This document shows positions 47,884-61,129 of a DNA stretch of 64,000 nt, in pieces (within the stretch, counting starts at the first letter, position 1; each line of letters begins with the position of its first letter). Source of the stretch: Mobula hypostoma (taxonomy: Eukaryota). The notes under the pieces were generated by a model. The model did not search any database. It was given only the letters and a program-made list of their open reading frames with translations, and had not been told where the DNA came from. The DNA is taken from assembly GCF_963921235.1 (NCBI RefSeq), contig NC_086097.1, positions 44,332,001 through 44,396,000 on the forward strand, given 5' to 3'. The position numbers and the translations under genes were made by a program.

Positions 47884-49080
47884 TGTTCAGTTTGACGGCT
47901 CTTCTTCGGAGGCCTTCAACATCTGCAGCAGTGTGAAGCAGGGCTGTGTGCTTGCCCCCACCCTGTTCGGCATCTTCTTCGCAGTCATGCTGAAGAACGC
48001 CTTTGGAACATCTACTGATGGTGTCTACCTCCACACCAGATCGGACGGGAGGCTGTTCAGTCTGTCCCGGATGAGGGTGAAAACCAAGGTTTGTGAAGTA
48101 CTCATCAGGGATATGTATGCAGACGATGCGGCACTGGCAACACACTCTGAAGAGCAACTGCAAAGCCTCATGGACAGCTTCTCAAGAGCCTGCCAGGACT
48201 TCAGCTTGACCATCAGCCTGAAGAAGCCCAACGTGTTGGGCCAAGGCGTTGAGCACCCCACTGCCATTACCATCAACAACTACCAGCTGGAGATAGTTCA
48301 TGAGTTTACATACCTTGGCTCCACCATCACAGACGGTCTCTCCCTAGACCCCGAGATTAACAGACGGATCGGACAAACAGTCTCAACATTTGCCAGGCTG
48401 ACAAAGAGAGTCTGGGAGAACAGAAAGCTGACGACGCACACCAGAGTTGCAGTCTACAGGGCCTGCATCCTCAGCACACTGCTTTACGGCAGCAAGACCT
48501 GGAGCCTCTACTCCAGACAAGAGTGGCGTCTCAATGCCTTCCACCTTCGCAGCCTGAGACGCATCCTGGACATCAAGTGGGTTTGCCGAGTCACCAGCAA
48601 TGAGGTCCTGGCCTGCACCCAGATACCCAGCCTCTTCACCCTGCTCCAACAATGCTGTCTCCGCTGACAGGAGGATCCTGAAAGACCTGCTGTACGGGGA
48701 ACTGGCCTCCGGCAAGAGAACACAAGGGCGGCCTCATCTTCGTTTCAAAGATGTCTGCAAGAGAGACATGAAGTTACTGAACATGAACGTCGAGAAATGG
48801 GAGGACATTGCAAGCGATTGCTCTCACTGGAGGCTGAAAATACACACAGATCTAAAAAGAGAAGAGAAGCTGAGGCTTGCTGCTGAAAAAAAGCACACTC
48901 GCCGAAAAAACGGCACCAAGACAACACTGGAGGACAGTGCCTTCAAGTGCAGTTGCTGCAGCCAAGACTGTCACTCCCGTGTGGGCCTCTACAGCTACAA
49001 CAGACGCTGCTCTACCAACAGAGACTGAAGCAAGACTTTCCAGGCGCAGATCCATGGTCTCGCGAGACTAACAGATGCCA
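47884..49080 (+). mobile_element. RTE-clade LINE, 5'-truncated
   Basis: VKQGCVLAPTLF, YADD, FTYLGS, STLLYG..W, LLYGEL..G.R..GRP. Confidence 0.9.
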
Positions 49081-49867
49081 TCTCAATTCAAAGTAAACCT
49101 TTAACAAGATATTAATTAAATATTAAACAATGCTCTAGAATCAAGAGCTTAAGATAAGGAAATTACATCAACAATAAAGTTGGGAGGTTGAGAGTAGAAA
49201 CTCTTTAATGTCTCTGCTCCAATTTTCAGTTGCTTCATCAATGACCTTCCGTTCATCACAAATTCAGAAGAGTTAACGTTTATAATCACAAGACTGCCAG
49301 ACGCTGATCTCTGCAGCAAAATAGATGCCATTTTCTATTGCTGAGTCTCCACCACAAATATCCTGAGGGTTATCATTACTGGAACAGCTAAAGGAGTAGA
49401 TTTGAGCTGGGTATCCTATGATAAATGATGTACCTTTTGACATTCCAAAGTCTTCTTACCATCAATAACAGCGAGCGTGATGGAATACTTTCCACTTGCA
49501 GGGAGCTCCAACAATACTCAAGCTGGTTGATACCACCCAGAATAAAGCAGCAGATTGACAACCACCTTCTCATCACCACCTTCTTAACAACAACTTGGGG
49601 ATGGGTAATTAAATGCTAATTCAGCCTGCGAAAACCCACGTATCTGAATGAATGTATAAAAATAATTCTATACAAGTGATCCTTACCTCCAGGCTTGACA
49701 ATAATCACTATCATAATCAGGTCACATAAGTATTTAATTATGTCTCTTCTACAATTAGGTTTTTCTTGTAATTTTCATTCCAAGTGCCACTACTAATGCA
49801 TATTGCCAGATGGTGTTCCTCACTTTGAAACTGATTATTTTTGCTAAACAATTAATCTATAATGTAA

Positions 49868-50093
49868 GCAACACACATCAAAGTTGTTGGTGAACACAGC
49901 AGACCAGGCAGCATCTCTAGGAAGAGGTACAGTCGACGTTTTGGGCCGAGACCCTTCGTCAGGACAAAGAGTCTCGGCCCGAAACGTCGACTGTACCTCT
50001 CCCTGGAGATGCTGCCTGGCCTGCTGCATTCACCAACAACTTTGATGTGTGTTGCTTGAATCTCCAGCATCTGCAGATTTCCTCATGTTTGCG
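49868..50093. mobile_element. Palindromic (inverted dimer) Penelope 3'-end insertion
   Basis: ~95-bp inverted arms meeting inside the hammerhead core; 14-bp TSD aa(t/c)ctataatgtaa. Confidence 0.85.
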
Positions 50094-50975
50094 AACCTAT
50101 AATGTAACCTTCCTTTGACAAGAATGGGTCTAACTACTGACCTCTGCCCAATCTAATATTAAATGAATATTATACAAAGGAATTTTACAATTTAACTATA
50201 CAAGATGCATTTCTTAACTCGGGTACTTATTAACAAATAAATCATGAATACTGCTGAAGGTTCTAGAAAAGCTAAAAACTGCAGATGCTATAAATCAAAA
50301 ATAAAGATACCCAGAAAATCTTAGAAATGCTCAGCAGATCAGATAGCATCCATGGAGTGAGAAATAGAGTATCAGTGTTAAGAGTTGATGAGATGCCCAT
50401 TGTAATCCCCACCTTCCCCTTATCTACAATTTAAAACATTTCTTGACTTATTTCCAGTTCTGGTGGAAGGGCACTGATCTAAGTAATTAAATTATTGCCT
50501 CTCCATAAATATTGCCAGCCTACCAGTATTTTCCATTTTCTTTGTGATTTTTCTATTTTAATTAAAAAATGACAACATTGGTTGCTTGGAGATCATGTGA
50601 GCAAGTACACCTTGTCTCTAGGCTAACTGATGTTGCAACAGTAGACTGTTTTAAAGTCGTTAGGCTGAAAATAAATTGAAGAATAGTGTTGCTGAAATTA
50701 AATAATTACCTTTTTATATTAATGTTCAAAAAGTACTCAATAATTAGACATGTAACATTTGAACTATGATTACAGTTTGAGAATTCATTGCTCAAATAAT
50801 AAATCTCAAAATTCAGGGAAAGAAATTATTTTGAGCTTGAGGAAAAAGTCGTCTGGTGGAAAACATACAGTATATCTGTGACTTACTTTCACTTCCTGCA
50901 TTAATTTTGTTGATTGCAAATGCTTTTAAAATGAACACAAAGATATTTGAACATTAGAACATAACAATGCTGTAC

Positions 50976-51123
50976 CTGTTTCAATATCTGTGAGATGGAG
51001 CATGGAATCAAATCCACCACTGAGAACCTGTCTTCCACACAAAGACCACTGAGCATCACGGATAGCCCCTGAATGGCCGAAGTACGTCTTTAAACACCTG
51101 CCTGTTTCAATGGCATCCCATAT
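50976..51123 (-). CDS. WDR25: WDR25 coding exon (148 nt, phase 0-1)
   Basis: tatatag/gtac; IWDAIETGRCLKTYFGHSGAIRDAQWSLCGRQVLSGGFDSMLHLTDIETG; upstream exons not seen, probably beyond the window. Confidence 0.93.
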
Positions 51124-51773
51124 CTATATAAATGACAAAGATACTTAGAAATGGCATTTAAAACTAACACTTTTCTGTCATCTTCAAATTAATCCTCGTG
51201 GAGAGCCATTATAGTATTGTCAAATCAATTCAACCTTGATGAAACTTGACAGAATAACTGCATATAGCTCCAGGCTGTCTGAAGAGAGACAAAACCATTT
51301 TAGTAAAGACTTTAAAAGGCAAACAAAAATTCATATGGGAAGTTGAAATCTTTAGTGTAGGTGAGAATTTAGAACTTAGCTCCAAAACAGAAAATTTTGA
51401 TGATATTCAATGGGTTTTAGCTGGACTAGAACTGTAGTAGAAGATTCACAGTAAAAAAAAACACCAAAAATTTGTAAAAGAGGGGAAAAAAACCTGTAAT
51501 ATTCACAATTGTTGGCAACATCTTCAATTTTCAACCTGAAACAAACAACAATGTCCCAAAATGCTAGAAGGAAGTATTACCAACCACATTTTACACCAAC
51601 TAACATTACACCAATTAACATAACCAAAAGATTAATAAAGATTAAATAAGCTCCCCCAGGGAGAGTACAGAGAGATAGAAAGATGATGAAGAAAGAGAAA
51701 TTTCAAAGTTTACGATCTTGACAGCTGTGGGTAATACTGGTATATTTGAATTCAGAGATGCTCAGGAAGACAG

Positions 51774-52621
51774 TGTGACAAAGGACCAAGTTATCAGAAG
51801 ATTGATGCCAATAAGAGAGACAATGGGGAAACATTCAAAATGCTAATATGAGAGACGAGAGAGATTAACGAAAAGAGACACAGTTCCGAGTATTGTCAGA
51901 CCGGTTGCTTTGAACCTGAACTGTTTGAAGTTTGATGGACAGGCGATACCCCAGCAGGGGGATAAAAGGAACAGGTTCGCTAAGGCAAGCGACACATTAA
52001 AATTACATTTAATTACACCACGAGATAACGAGACCCTGGAAGTGCGGTGTGCCCCCCCACAAGTGGTGGGAGTTTTGGAGGCCTGGTCGTGGGACTGACC
52101 ATAGACGCACAGGGTGAAAAGGTACGATCGGCGGGAACCTGGTGTGTGTGTCCGCCCTTGCCTGGGTGCCGGGTTCACCGCAGAAGAACGATCGTATTCG
52201 GAATGGAGGGGTCACAGTCAGTGACCTCAGAAGACATTACAAAGGGCTCGCCTGAAAGCTAACTGCGAGGAATATCAAAGGTCTGTTTGAATCCGATTTG
52301 AATATCATCATTCGCGCTCTCTCTCTCTCCCCAACGGCACAACAGTGATTACTGCGAACTGAACTAAACTGAACTGAACTCTGCGTCACTTGAGACTGAT
52401 CATTTTACCCCTAGACTGCAATAGAGCTTGATTGATCCTATTATCCTAGTTCTGTGTACATGCGTGTTTTATCATTGCTAACCTGTTGCATTTATATCCT
52501 TACTATTAGAATACTGTGTTACTTATTTCTTTAATAAAACTTCCTTAGTTCCAGTAATCCAGACTCCAACTAAGTGGTCCATTTCTGCTGGTTTGGCAAC
52601 CCAGTTACGGGGTACGTAACA
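51774..52621 (+). mobile_element. Solo LTR, sister subfamily of the Gmr1-like LTR
   Basis: TG..CA; TSD ACAG; shares the promoter block and 3' terminus with 1690-2547, different 5' U3. Confidence 0.9.
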
Positions 52622-53867
52622 ACAGAATTAGACAACAAGATACAACTGGAAAATAAACAAACAAACAAATAAATAAATCTACAACCAAAGCCACTGAAGG
52701 GAAACTAATTACATTTAATTAATTTCTTTCAAAATGCAATTACGGTAGTTTCAGAATTTTGATGACCAAAATTCACTGGAAAGTGAAGCCTCAAAAAAGG
52801 AATCATTAGCCAACAATAAGGGAGCATTATCACACAAAGGTTCAAAATTCCACGATAGTCAGATTTAATTCATGCTACGTATGATATAATGCAGGGAATG
52901 AAGAAAATACCAAATTGCAGAATGCCATGCGTTGGAAGGGTCACAACTTCATCATCTCTGTGGATCTGTAGCAATTCTGTCAAATACCATTCCCTTTTAG
53001 CTGCAAAGAAATAGTTCAATAAAAAAAACTAACGGACATCATCTTGACTTCAGTGAAGATCTAAACTCAAATGATGCTGCAAAAATGCAGAAGTCTTATA
53101 TAATTTTATTTTTGAATAAATTATAACTAGCAATTAAAACTCTTAAGCTTCACCTTTAAAGATTATCATACATATCATTCCTCAATGAAATGTAAATTTG
53201 TCTTTTAGTTAATGATTATGTCAATTAGTAGTTTTAGTCAACCAGTGAAATGACTGCAGATTCACCTGCTTTCTATTGGATATTATAATTCTTGGCTTGT
53301 ATTCTGGTAACAAATTGACGTCCTATTATCCTGTTGAAAGCATTTGAAAATTAGATATCTATAGGATCAAAGTAAAGCACTTTATAATATTTCCTTCATA
53401 CTACGATTAAGAGCAAAATGCTTATGAGTGGCAATTCATACCAGCAAATGCAGATTAAATGGAAAATGCCTCACGGTATTCTGAAAACTGATGTACATTC
53501 TAAAATAAACTGGAAGGTATAACTGGCAGGAGAACTTAATTACAGACAGAATTACTTTTTCATTATGGCAATTCCCACGAGGCCCTCTGAACCGGTTCAA
53601 TTAATTTAGATTCTCCCTAATGATCACGTGATTGTGCAAACCATGAACTAACAATTAAATATTAGCAATCCAAATACATTAAAAATCCATACAAATTTAT
53701 CGTACAATATGAAAATATTTAAGACAAAACATAGTCTAAACTGGGCTGTTATTTTCTGTGCCTTTCATACTTGGTGATCGTTCAGTTTATACATGGTAGC
53801 AAAAAACTCTGATAATATTACATGCTCAATTTACATGGGAGCAGTTTTTCACCAGCAAAAAAGAAAA

Positions 53868-54440
53868 TTCAGACCATAAGACCAGAAGACACAGGAGCAG
53901 AATTAGGCCATCTGGTCCAGCAAGTCTGCTCAGCCATTTCACCGAGGCTGATTTATTAGCCTTCTTAACCCCATTCTCCTGCCTTCTCCTCGTAACCTTT
54001 GACATCCTTACTAATCAAGAACCTATCAAACTCAGCTTTAAATATAACCAATGATGTTGCCTCCATAGTCACTTGTGGCATTGAATTCCACAGATTCCCC
54101 ATCCTCTGGCGAAAGAAATTCCTCCTTAACTCCTTTCTAAAGGTACATCACCCTGCTCTGAGGTTGTGCCCTCTGGTTCTAGATTCTCCCACTATAGAAA
54201 ACATCCTCTCCACATCCACTCTATCTAGGCCTTTCAACATTCGATAGGTTTCAATGAGATCCTTCCTCATTCTTCTGAATTCCAGTGAGTACAGGCCAAG
54301 AGCCATCAAATGCTCCTCGTATGATGTCTTTCAATCTCAGAATCATTTTTGTGAACCTCCTTTGAACCCTCTCCAATGTCAGCACATCCGTTCTAAGATA
54401 AGGGGCCCAAAACTGCTCACATTACTCTAGATGAGGCTCC
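53868..54440 (-). mobile_element. CR1 3' fragment
   Basis: Similar to 62702-63260. Confidence 0.75.
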
Positions 54441-55739
54441 TAAGAATAATAATCCTGGAATCAAAATATGGACTCTTCAAACTATCTGCCTTATTGTATC
54501 TATTACTTTGCTCTTGCCTGTTTTTACTGGCCCTGACATTTACCTTCCTCTCCATCCTCCACTATCAAACTTGCTTTCTGGTTCCTATCCCCCAGCCAAA
54601 CAAGTTTATTCATCTAGACACATTTTTCAACATTAGAGGTGTGATATAGTCACAGGTAGCTGTTGTTATCACCTTTATTAAATAATGTTGGAATAAATGA
54701 CATAGAAGACTGAACACAAAAGATCACGTAAACTTTAAAAATACTTCTCACTCCAGGTAGTTTAACAGCATCTTAAATCACCGGTTGAAGAAGACCATTT
54801 ATGATATTTTTCTAACCAGAAGAAATTAATCTTCCTGATAGGAGCACTACTGTTAATGATTAAATTCCTGGACAATTCATCTGGATGTCCCAGGTAATAG
54901 TCCAGGCCTCTTTAGATGCTATTATATTAACTTGACCCACAGACTTATGAAGAAGCATTGTTGTCCAGGTGTACTTGCAATCTATGTATTAGTTACCAGC
55001 AGCAAGGCAGGTTCATTAGCAGTAGTGACATGGTAATACACAGTCAAAACGAAGCCATGGGAACCCCCAGCATACTTTCTGGACCCAATCAAGTTTTACA
55101 GCTTCAAGACAAACAAGGGCATGAAAAGCTTGTGCAGATTACCACTAACTATTTCCCTTTGGTTAATAAATCAGTACCCACAAAGCAACCTCATGTGTAC
55201 AATGTCAGCTGGAAGCACTGAGACTGACAAGGGCACAGAATGTAGGGGAACATACAGTATATAATAAAGAACAACTCAGTAATACCAACAATAATTGAGA
55301 CGGTCAAGAGCTGAACCATGTAGGCAAACTGAATGTATGACAAGTGATTAGAGAATCAGCATGATGGATAAACCTTACCTACCCTATAAATACCACTTGT
55401 ACATGACAGAATAATGAGGAGCATCAACCACGTTCCTTGAAGAAACAATCTTCACTTCATCACTTCACACTGAAGATAAAGGTAGCAGAAATAGGGGAGG
55501 ACAATCATTTTCAAGTTCCCTCTCCATGACATACACTGCACTAACTTGCAAGTACATCACTGTCGGTTCATTATTGCTGGGTGGGAATCCTGGAACTCCC
55601 TACACATTAACGTTGTGAGCATATTTGTTTAATATATTTCAACTATATACAGTTGAAGTTTAATATTTAGGTAAAGTAATTTCAATGCAAAACATACTTG
55701 TTTTAAAAATCCTAAATTTGCCCAATGGAAGAATTTTTC

Positions 55740-57906
55740 AGAAATTTATTAAGAGAGCATACATTTACCAGGACCAGATGGCCAATTTTAGAGTCTTTAA
55801 AGAAGTGCCTGCAGAGAAAATGGATACATTGTTTGCAGTCTTGCAAAAATCACTATGTCTGGACAGATCTCAGCTTAACGGAAAACTGCAAATGTAATTC
55901 CTCTACTCAAGAAAATAGACAGAAAGCATGAATTTATAGGCCAGCTAGCCTTATTTCTGTCACAGTTTAAATGTTGGAATCCATTATTGAGGAAGTAGTA
56001 GTAGGACTTCTAATAAATTATAATACAATTAAAATGTGTCCACAAAGTTTGTGAAAGAAGAGATTTGTTCAATGGATTTATTAAAATTCTTTGATTATGC
56101 AAGCAGGGTGATTAAATATATTAGCAAGTAAAATGACCAGCTAATCAAAAGAAAGCAACAAGTCAGGATAAATAGGAAACTTTCAAATTGACAAGGTATA
56201 ACTATAAGACATCACAGGATTAATGTTGGGGTTACAACTACTTACAATTAAAACTATTGATTTGAGGAAGCAACTAAATAAATTGTAACAACATTTGATG
56301 TTACAAAGAAATATGGGAATGAAGTCCTTGTAGATGTGCTCAGTGATGGGGAGAGTTTATCTGTGATGGACACGGCTGTATCCACTACCTTTTGTAGGCT
56401 TTTCTGTTCTTGGATTTTGGTGTTTCTGTACCAGGCCGTGATGCAATTAGTCAGGATTATCTCCACCATGCATCTGTAGAAGTTTGTGTAAGTTTTAGAT
56501 CACATGCTGTATCTGTGCAAACTCCTAAGAAAGTAGAGGTGCTGTCGTGCCTTCTCTGTGGTGGCACGTAGGTCATTCAGAGTCTGATTTTGGGCAATCA
56601 GCACAGCTTTGTGTGCAAGAATTTGTGTCTGACAGATCTCCTGGAGTTCTCCTGGACCAGAACTCTATTCCCTAACATAGGAAACTGAGGGGTGACTTGA
56701 TATAGATATACCACATCATGGTCAGCAAAGCACATAGATTTTTTTCCCAGGGAGGTGGTGCAATAAAACTTGAGGGTATAGTTTTAAGATCAGAGGTAAA
56801 AGATTCAAGAGGGATATCAGAGGCAGCATCATTACACATAGTGTGGTATGGTGTGTGTTTGGAATGAGCTGTCAGAAATTGTGTTTGACAGAGGCACATC
56901 AGCAACATTTAAAAGTCATCTGGAATAAGTACATGGAGAGGACAGGTTTAAAGTGCTATGAGCCAAACGTGGTCAAATCGGACTCGCTCACTGGGCAGCA
57001 CAGTTGGCATGGATGGTTTGAGCTGTTACGTACCCTGTAACTGGGTTGCCAAACCAGCAGAAATGGACCACTTAGTTGGAGTCTGGTTTAACAGAAGCTA
57101 ATAAAGTTTTATTCAAGAAATAAGTAACACAGTACTCTAATCATAAGGATATAAATGCAACAGGTTAGCAATGATAAAACAGACATGTACACAGAACTAG
57201 GGTAATAGGAATCAACCAAGCTCTATCGCAGTCTAGGGGTAAAATGATCAGTCTCAAGTGACACAGAGTTCAGTTCAGCTTAGTACAGTTCGCAGTAATC
57301 GCTGTTGTGCCGTTGGAGAGAGAGAGAGAGATAGATAGAGATATGCAAATCTGATTCAGCAGTTCTTTGATGTTCTTCGCAGTCAGCTCTCGGGTGGACC
57401 CTTTGTTATGTCTTCTGTGGTCACCGACTGTGACCCCTCTGCTCTAGATACGACTGTTCTTCCGCGGTAAACCCGGCACCCAGGCAAGGGCAGACACACA
57501 CACCAGGTTCCCGCAGATCGTACCCTTTCACCCTGTGCGTCTATGGTCGGTTCCCGCGACCAGACCTCCAAATTCCCACCAACTTGTGGGGGCACACCGC
57601 TCTTCCAGGGTCTCGTTATCTTGTGATCTCATGGTGTCATCGTCGTGCCTTAGCGAACCTGTTCTTTTTATCCCCCTGCTGGGGTATCGCCTGTCCATCA
57701 AACTTCAAACAGTGCAGGTTCAAAGCAACCGGTCTGTCAATATTCTGAAGTGTGTTTCTTTCTCGTTAATCTCTCTGTTCTCTCTTATTAGCATTTTGAA
57801 TGTTTCTCCATTGTCTCTCTTATCTCTCTCATCAGCATCAATCTTCTGATAACTTGGTTTGTCCTCACAGAGCAAAAGGGCTTGTTTCCATACTGTATCC
57901 CTCTAT
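55740..57906 (+). mobile_element. Degraded CR1 fragments interrupted by a Rex1 piece (56323-56570, -) and a solo LTR
   Basis: RT remnants; CR1 3' UTR resumes after 57869. Confidence 0.55.
57024..57869 (-). mobile_element. Solo LTR, same subfamily as 51774-52621
   Basis: TG..CA; TSD GAGC at 57020-57023 and 57870-57873; inserted in a CR1 3' UTR. Confidence 0.9.
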
Positions 57907-58029
57907 AGGAAGTGTTTAAAGAGGAAAAGACATTATAATGAGAAAAAAGTACAAAAGTAGCAAATTCTAGTGCTGTAAACCAGTGAGACCCTTTTTGTGT
58001 ATAGTTTGTCTTATTTAGAGCGTTATGCT

Positions 58030-59899
58030 TGCAATGGTGACAGATTAGCGAAGGCACACTGGGTTAATTCCTGTCTAAAGGCGTACACTTATGAGGAACA
58101 TGCTGCTGCCTAAATACATTGGATTTTAGAAGATTGAGAGGTGATCTTATTGAAGCATAAGATTCTGAGGAAGGCTGACAAAGATACTAAACTGAAGCCT
58201 GCAGATATCCAACTAACAACTTATTCTGGAGAAAAGATAACTATTGCAGGAATGACATTTCTAACAACAAGTCACATTGGGCATGCATATGGTAAAAACA
58301 GGAAGGTCAGCATTGTGGGAATGTGAGTGGCTAAGACAACTACAACTTGATTGAAGATCCATCCAGTATCTGCATGCCACATCCACTGCAATAGGGTCAA
58401 TTAAATACAAATTAAGAAAGGTACTGGACAATGCCACAGCAATGTTCATGGAAGGCACTGGAAAACTCAGAGATCAAGGGTAAAATAGTGTTAAATGAAA
58501 ATGCTACCTCCAAGTTTTACAAAGCCTGTCCAGTTTCTTATACCACCTGTGCTAAAGTAGCCAGTGAGCAAGATAGCATGGAGGCTGAAGGAATTCTTTC
58601 CAAGGCTGACTGGAGCCCATGGGCAATGCCAGTGGTCCCAGTAGCCAAGAAAAATGGGTCTGTAAGGTTCTGTGGTGATTTTAAGGTCACCATTAACCCA
58701 GCACTGAAAGTAGATCAATACCCTCTGCCCAGGAAAGAGGATATCTTTGCAAACCTTTCTGGAGGAAAACACTTCAGTAAAATTGATTTAGCTAAGGCGT
58801 ACCCACAGATAGAGATGGAGAATAGTCCAAAGTGTAATCACATACCATAAACACACACAAAGGGCTGTATTACTAAAATAGGCTTATTTTTGGAGCAGCA
58901 TCTGCACCTGTACTCTGGCTGAAAGCTATGGACCAGATACTGCAAGGCTGTACAGGCCCTCATTGTTACTTGTAAAGACGACAAGAAACATTTCCAAAAT
59001 CTAAAGACAATGTTAAAATGATTAGAAGATTATGGGTTCAGAGCATGAATTCTTTAAACCAAGCATCACTAAGTGTTGTCACATCATCGACACAAAAGAT
59101 TTACACCGCTTGAGAAAATTCAAGCAGTGGTGGATGCCATAAGGCCAAAGGACGTCTCAGAGTTTTGGTCCTTTTTAGAATTTGTCAATTACTATAACAG
59201 ATTCCTGCCAAACCTGGCTACTGTGTTTCACCCCTTGAACTCATTACTACAGATCGGGAAGAAATGGCAAAGGACAAAGCAGTGTTAGGTGAAGGAAAAG
59301 GAAATGGTGACATCAGACACTATACTCACACATTATAATCCACATTATCCAGTGAAGTTTGTTCTGTACTGTTTGGGATGCAAATATATCCAGAAGAAAG
59401 ATGTCCAGAGACAACTCCTACAACCACCACAGAGGAGGCCCCAGAACCTGAGATTGTTTCACAGCCACAAGTCTCACCTCCCAAGCAGAATGATCCCCCT
59501 TGTCAGAAAAATGGTATTCCACAAGAGTAAGAAATCCTCCACAGCAATTAAGTATTTAGGCCTGAATGGGATAAATTAAAATTTACTGCGCTGTGGATGT
59601 CTGTATAGCAGTTGTGTTATATAGCATTACATACAAGTTGAGATGTATTAGTGTTGTGTATTTAATATTTCAAAAACATCTGAGTACCATTGTAAATATA
59701 TTGCTTGATAAAGCATTCTTTGTTGTTGACATAATGCATTGCAGGTTATACGTAAAAGTACATAAATGACATATGTCATTACGCCACCGCGTTACATGCG
59801 TGTGCTTCACTTAAAGTAAAAAACAAAACTAAGGTGTTATTCTTGGCTCCATGTTCTAGTTTTGATTAGATTTATGTTTTGAAGTTATAAAACGTAACA
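58030..59899 (+). mobile_element. Degraded Gypsy pol remnant with 3' LTR (59652-59899)
   Basis: WA.PVVPV.KKNGSVR.CGDFKVTINP, YPLP, FSKIDL..AY, VNYYNRFLPNLA; LTR tgttg..gtaaca. Confidence 0.8.
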
Positions 59900-60329
59900 G
59901 TAAATACCTTGTAACTTTTCTTCGTTTCTCTTCAAGTTTAGTCAAACTTTATTTCAGTTTAATGGCATAAATTATACTTAATTATCAAAGTTTCTTCCAT
60001 GAACTAAATTAGCTGGTTGTTGAGAACTTGTTAAAAAAATCCTTAGTCAGATGAAGCTGGAATATTTTATTACTCCATAAATAGAACTCAACAAGACATT
60101 ATTTAATGAGATTTTAGGAAATAGAAGTCATAATTGATGGATAGACTGTAATTACCTGTACTGCTATAGGGCACTTCCTCAGAGGCATTGATGCATGCAT
60201 TTTTAATTGGATTGTGACAACTGAATAAATCCCTATATGCATAAAAGTCAGTATTGGAAACAAACAAAAGTAGATGGAGCTTTATGCTTGTTCAGAGATT
60301 AATATATCAAACGTAACATACTGTATATA

Positions 60330-60844
60330 CACTCAGTGGCTATTTTATTAGGTACAATTGTACATCTGCTCGTTAAGCATGCAGGTATGGTCAAGAGGTT
60401 CAGTTGCTGTTCAGAATAAATATCAGAATGGGAAGAAATGTGACCTACATTGGCACTGTAAATAATTGACCGTGGAATGATTATTGGTACCAGACTTGAG
60501 TTCCTCAGAAACTTCTAATCTCCTGGGATTTTCATGCACAACAGTCTCTAGAGTTTGCAGAGAATGTGTGAAGAACATAAAGCACTTTATGGCCATCTGT
60601 TCTTTAAGCGAAAATGCCTTAATAATGAGAGAAGTCAAAGAATAGCCATGCTGGTTTAAGCTGAAGGAAGGCAACAGTAACCCAAAAGAAACACACGTTA
60701 CAACAGTGGTGTACAGAAGAGCGTCACTGAACACACATGTCGAATCTTAAAGTGGATGGGCTACAGCAGCAGAAGACCATGAACATACACTCAGTGGCCA
60801 CTTTATTAGATACAAGTGGTACCAAATAAAATGGCCACTGAGTG
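60330..60844 (+). mobile_element. Tc1/mariner non-autonomous element ending in a 57-bp hairpin (60788-60844)
   Basis: TIRs cactcagtggc / gccactgagtg, TA flanks, MGYSSRRP transposase remnant. Confidence 0.75.
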
Positions 60845-60996
60845 TAATACACACGATTTATAGATAGATACTTCATTGATCCCAAAGGAAATTAGTGTCG
60901 CAGCAACATTACAAGGCCACTGAGTGTAATACACACGATTTATAGATAGATACTTCATTGATCCCAAAGGAAATTAGTGTCGCAGCAACATTACAA
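60833..60996. repeat. Perfect 82-bp tandem duplication
   Basis: 60833-60914 is identical to 60915-60996. Confidence 0.9.
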
Positions 60997-61129
60997 GTGC
61001 ACAGATATACAAATATTAGAAGAGATAGTTACAGTAAATTAATTTTCTTAAGCCAAATCACCTTCAAAGAATTCCAAATACCTTTGCTTGTCTGCAAAGG
61101 GAGCACATAAATGAACATAAATTACATAA

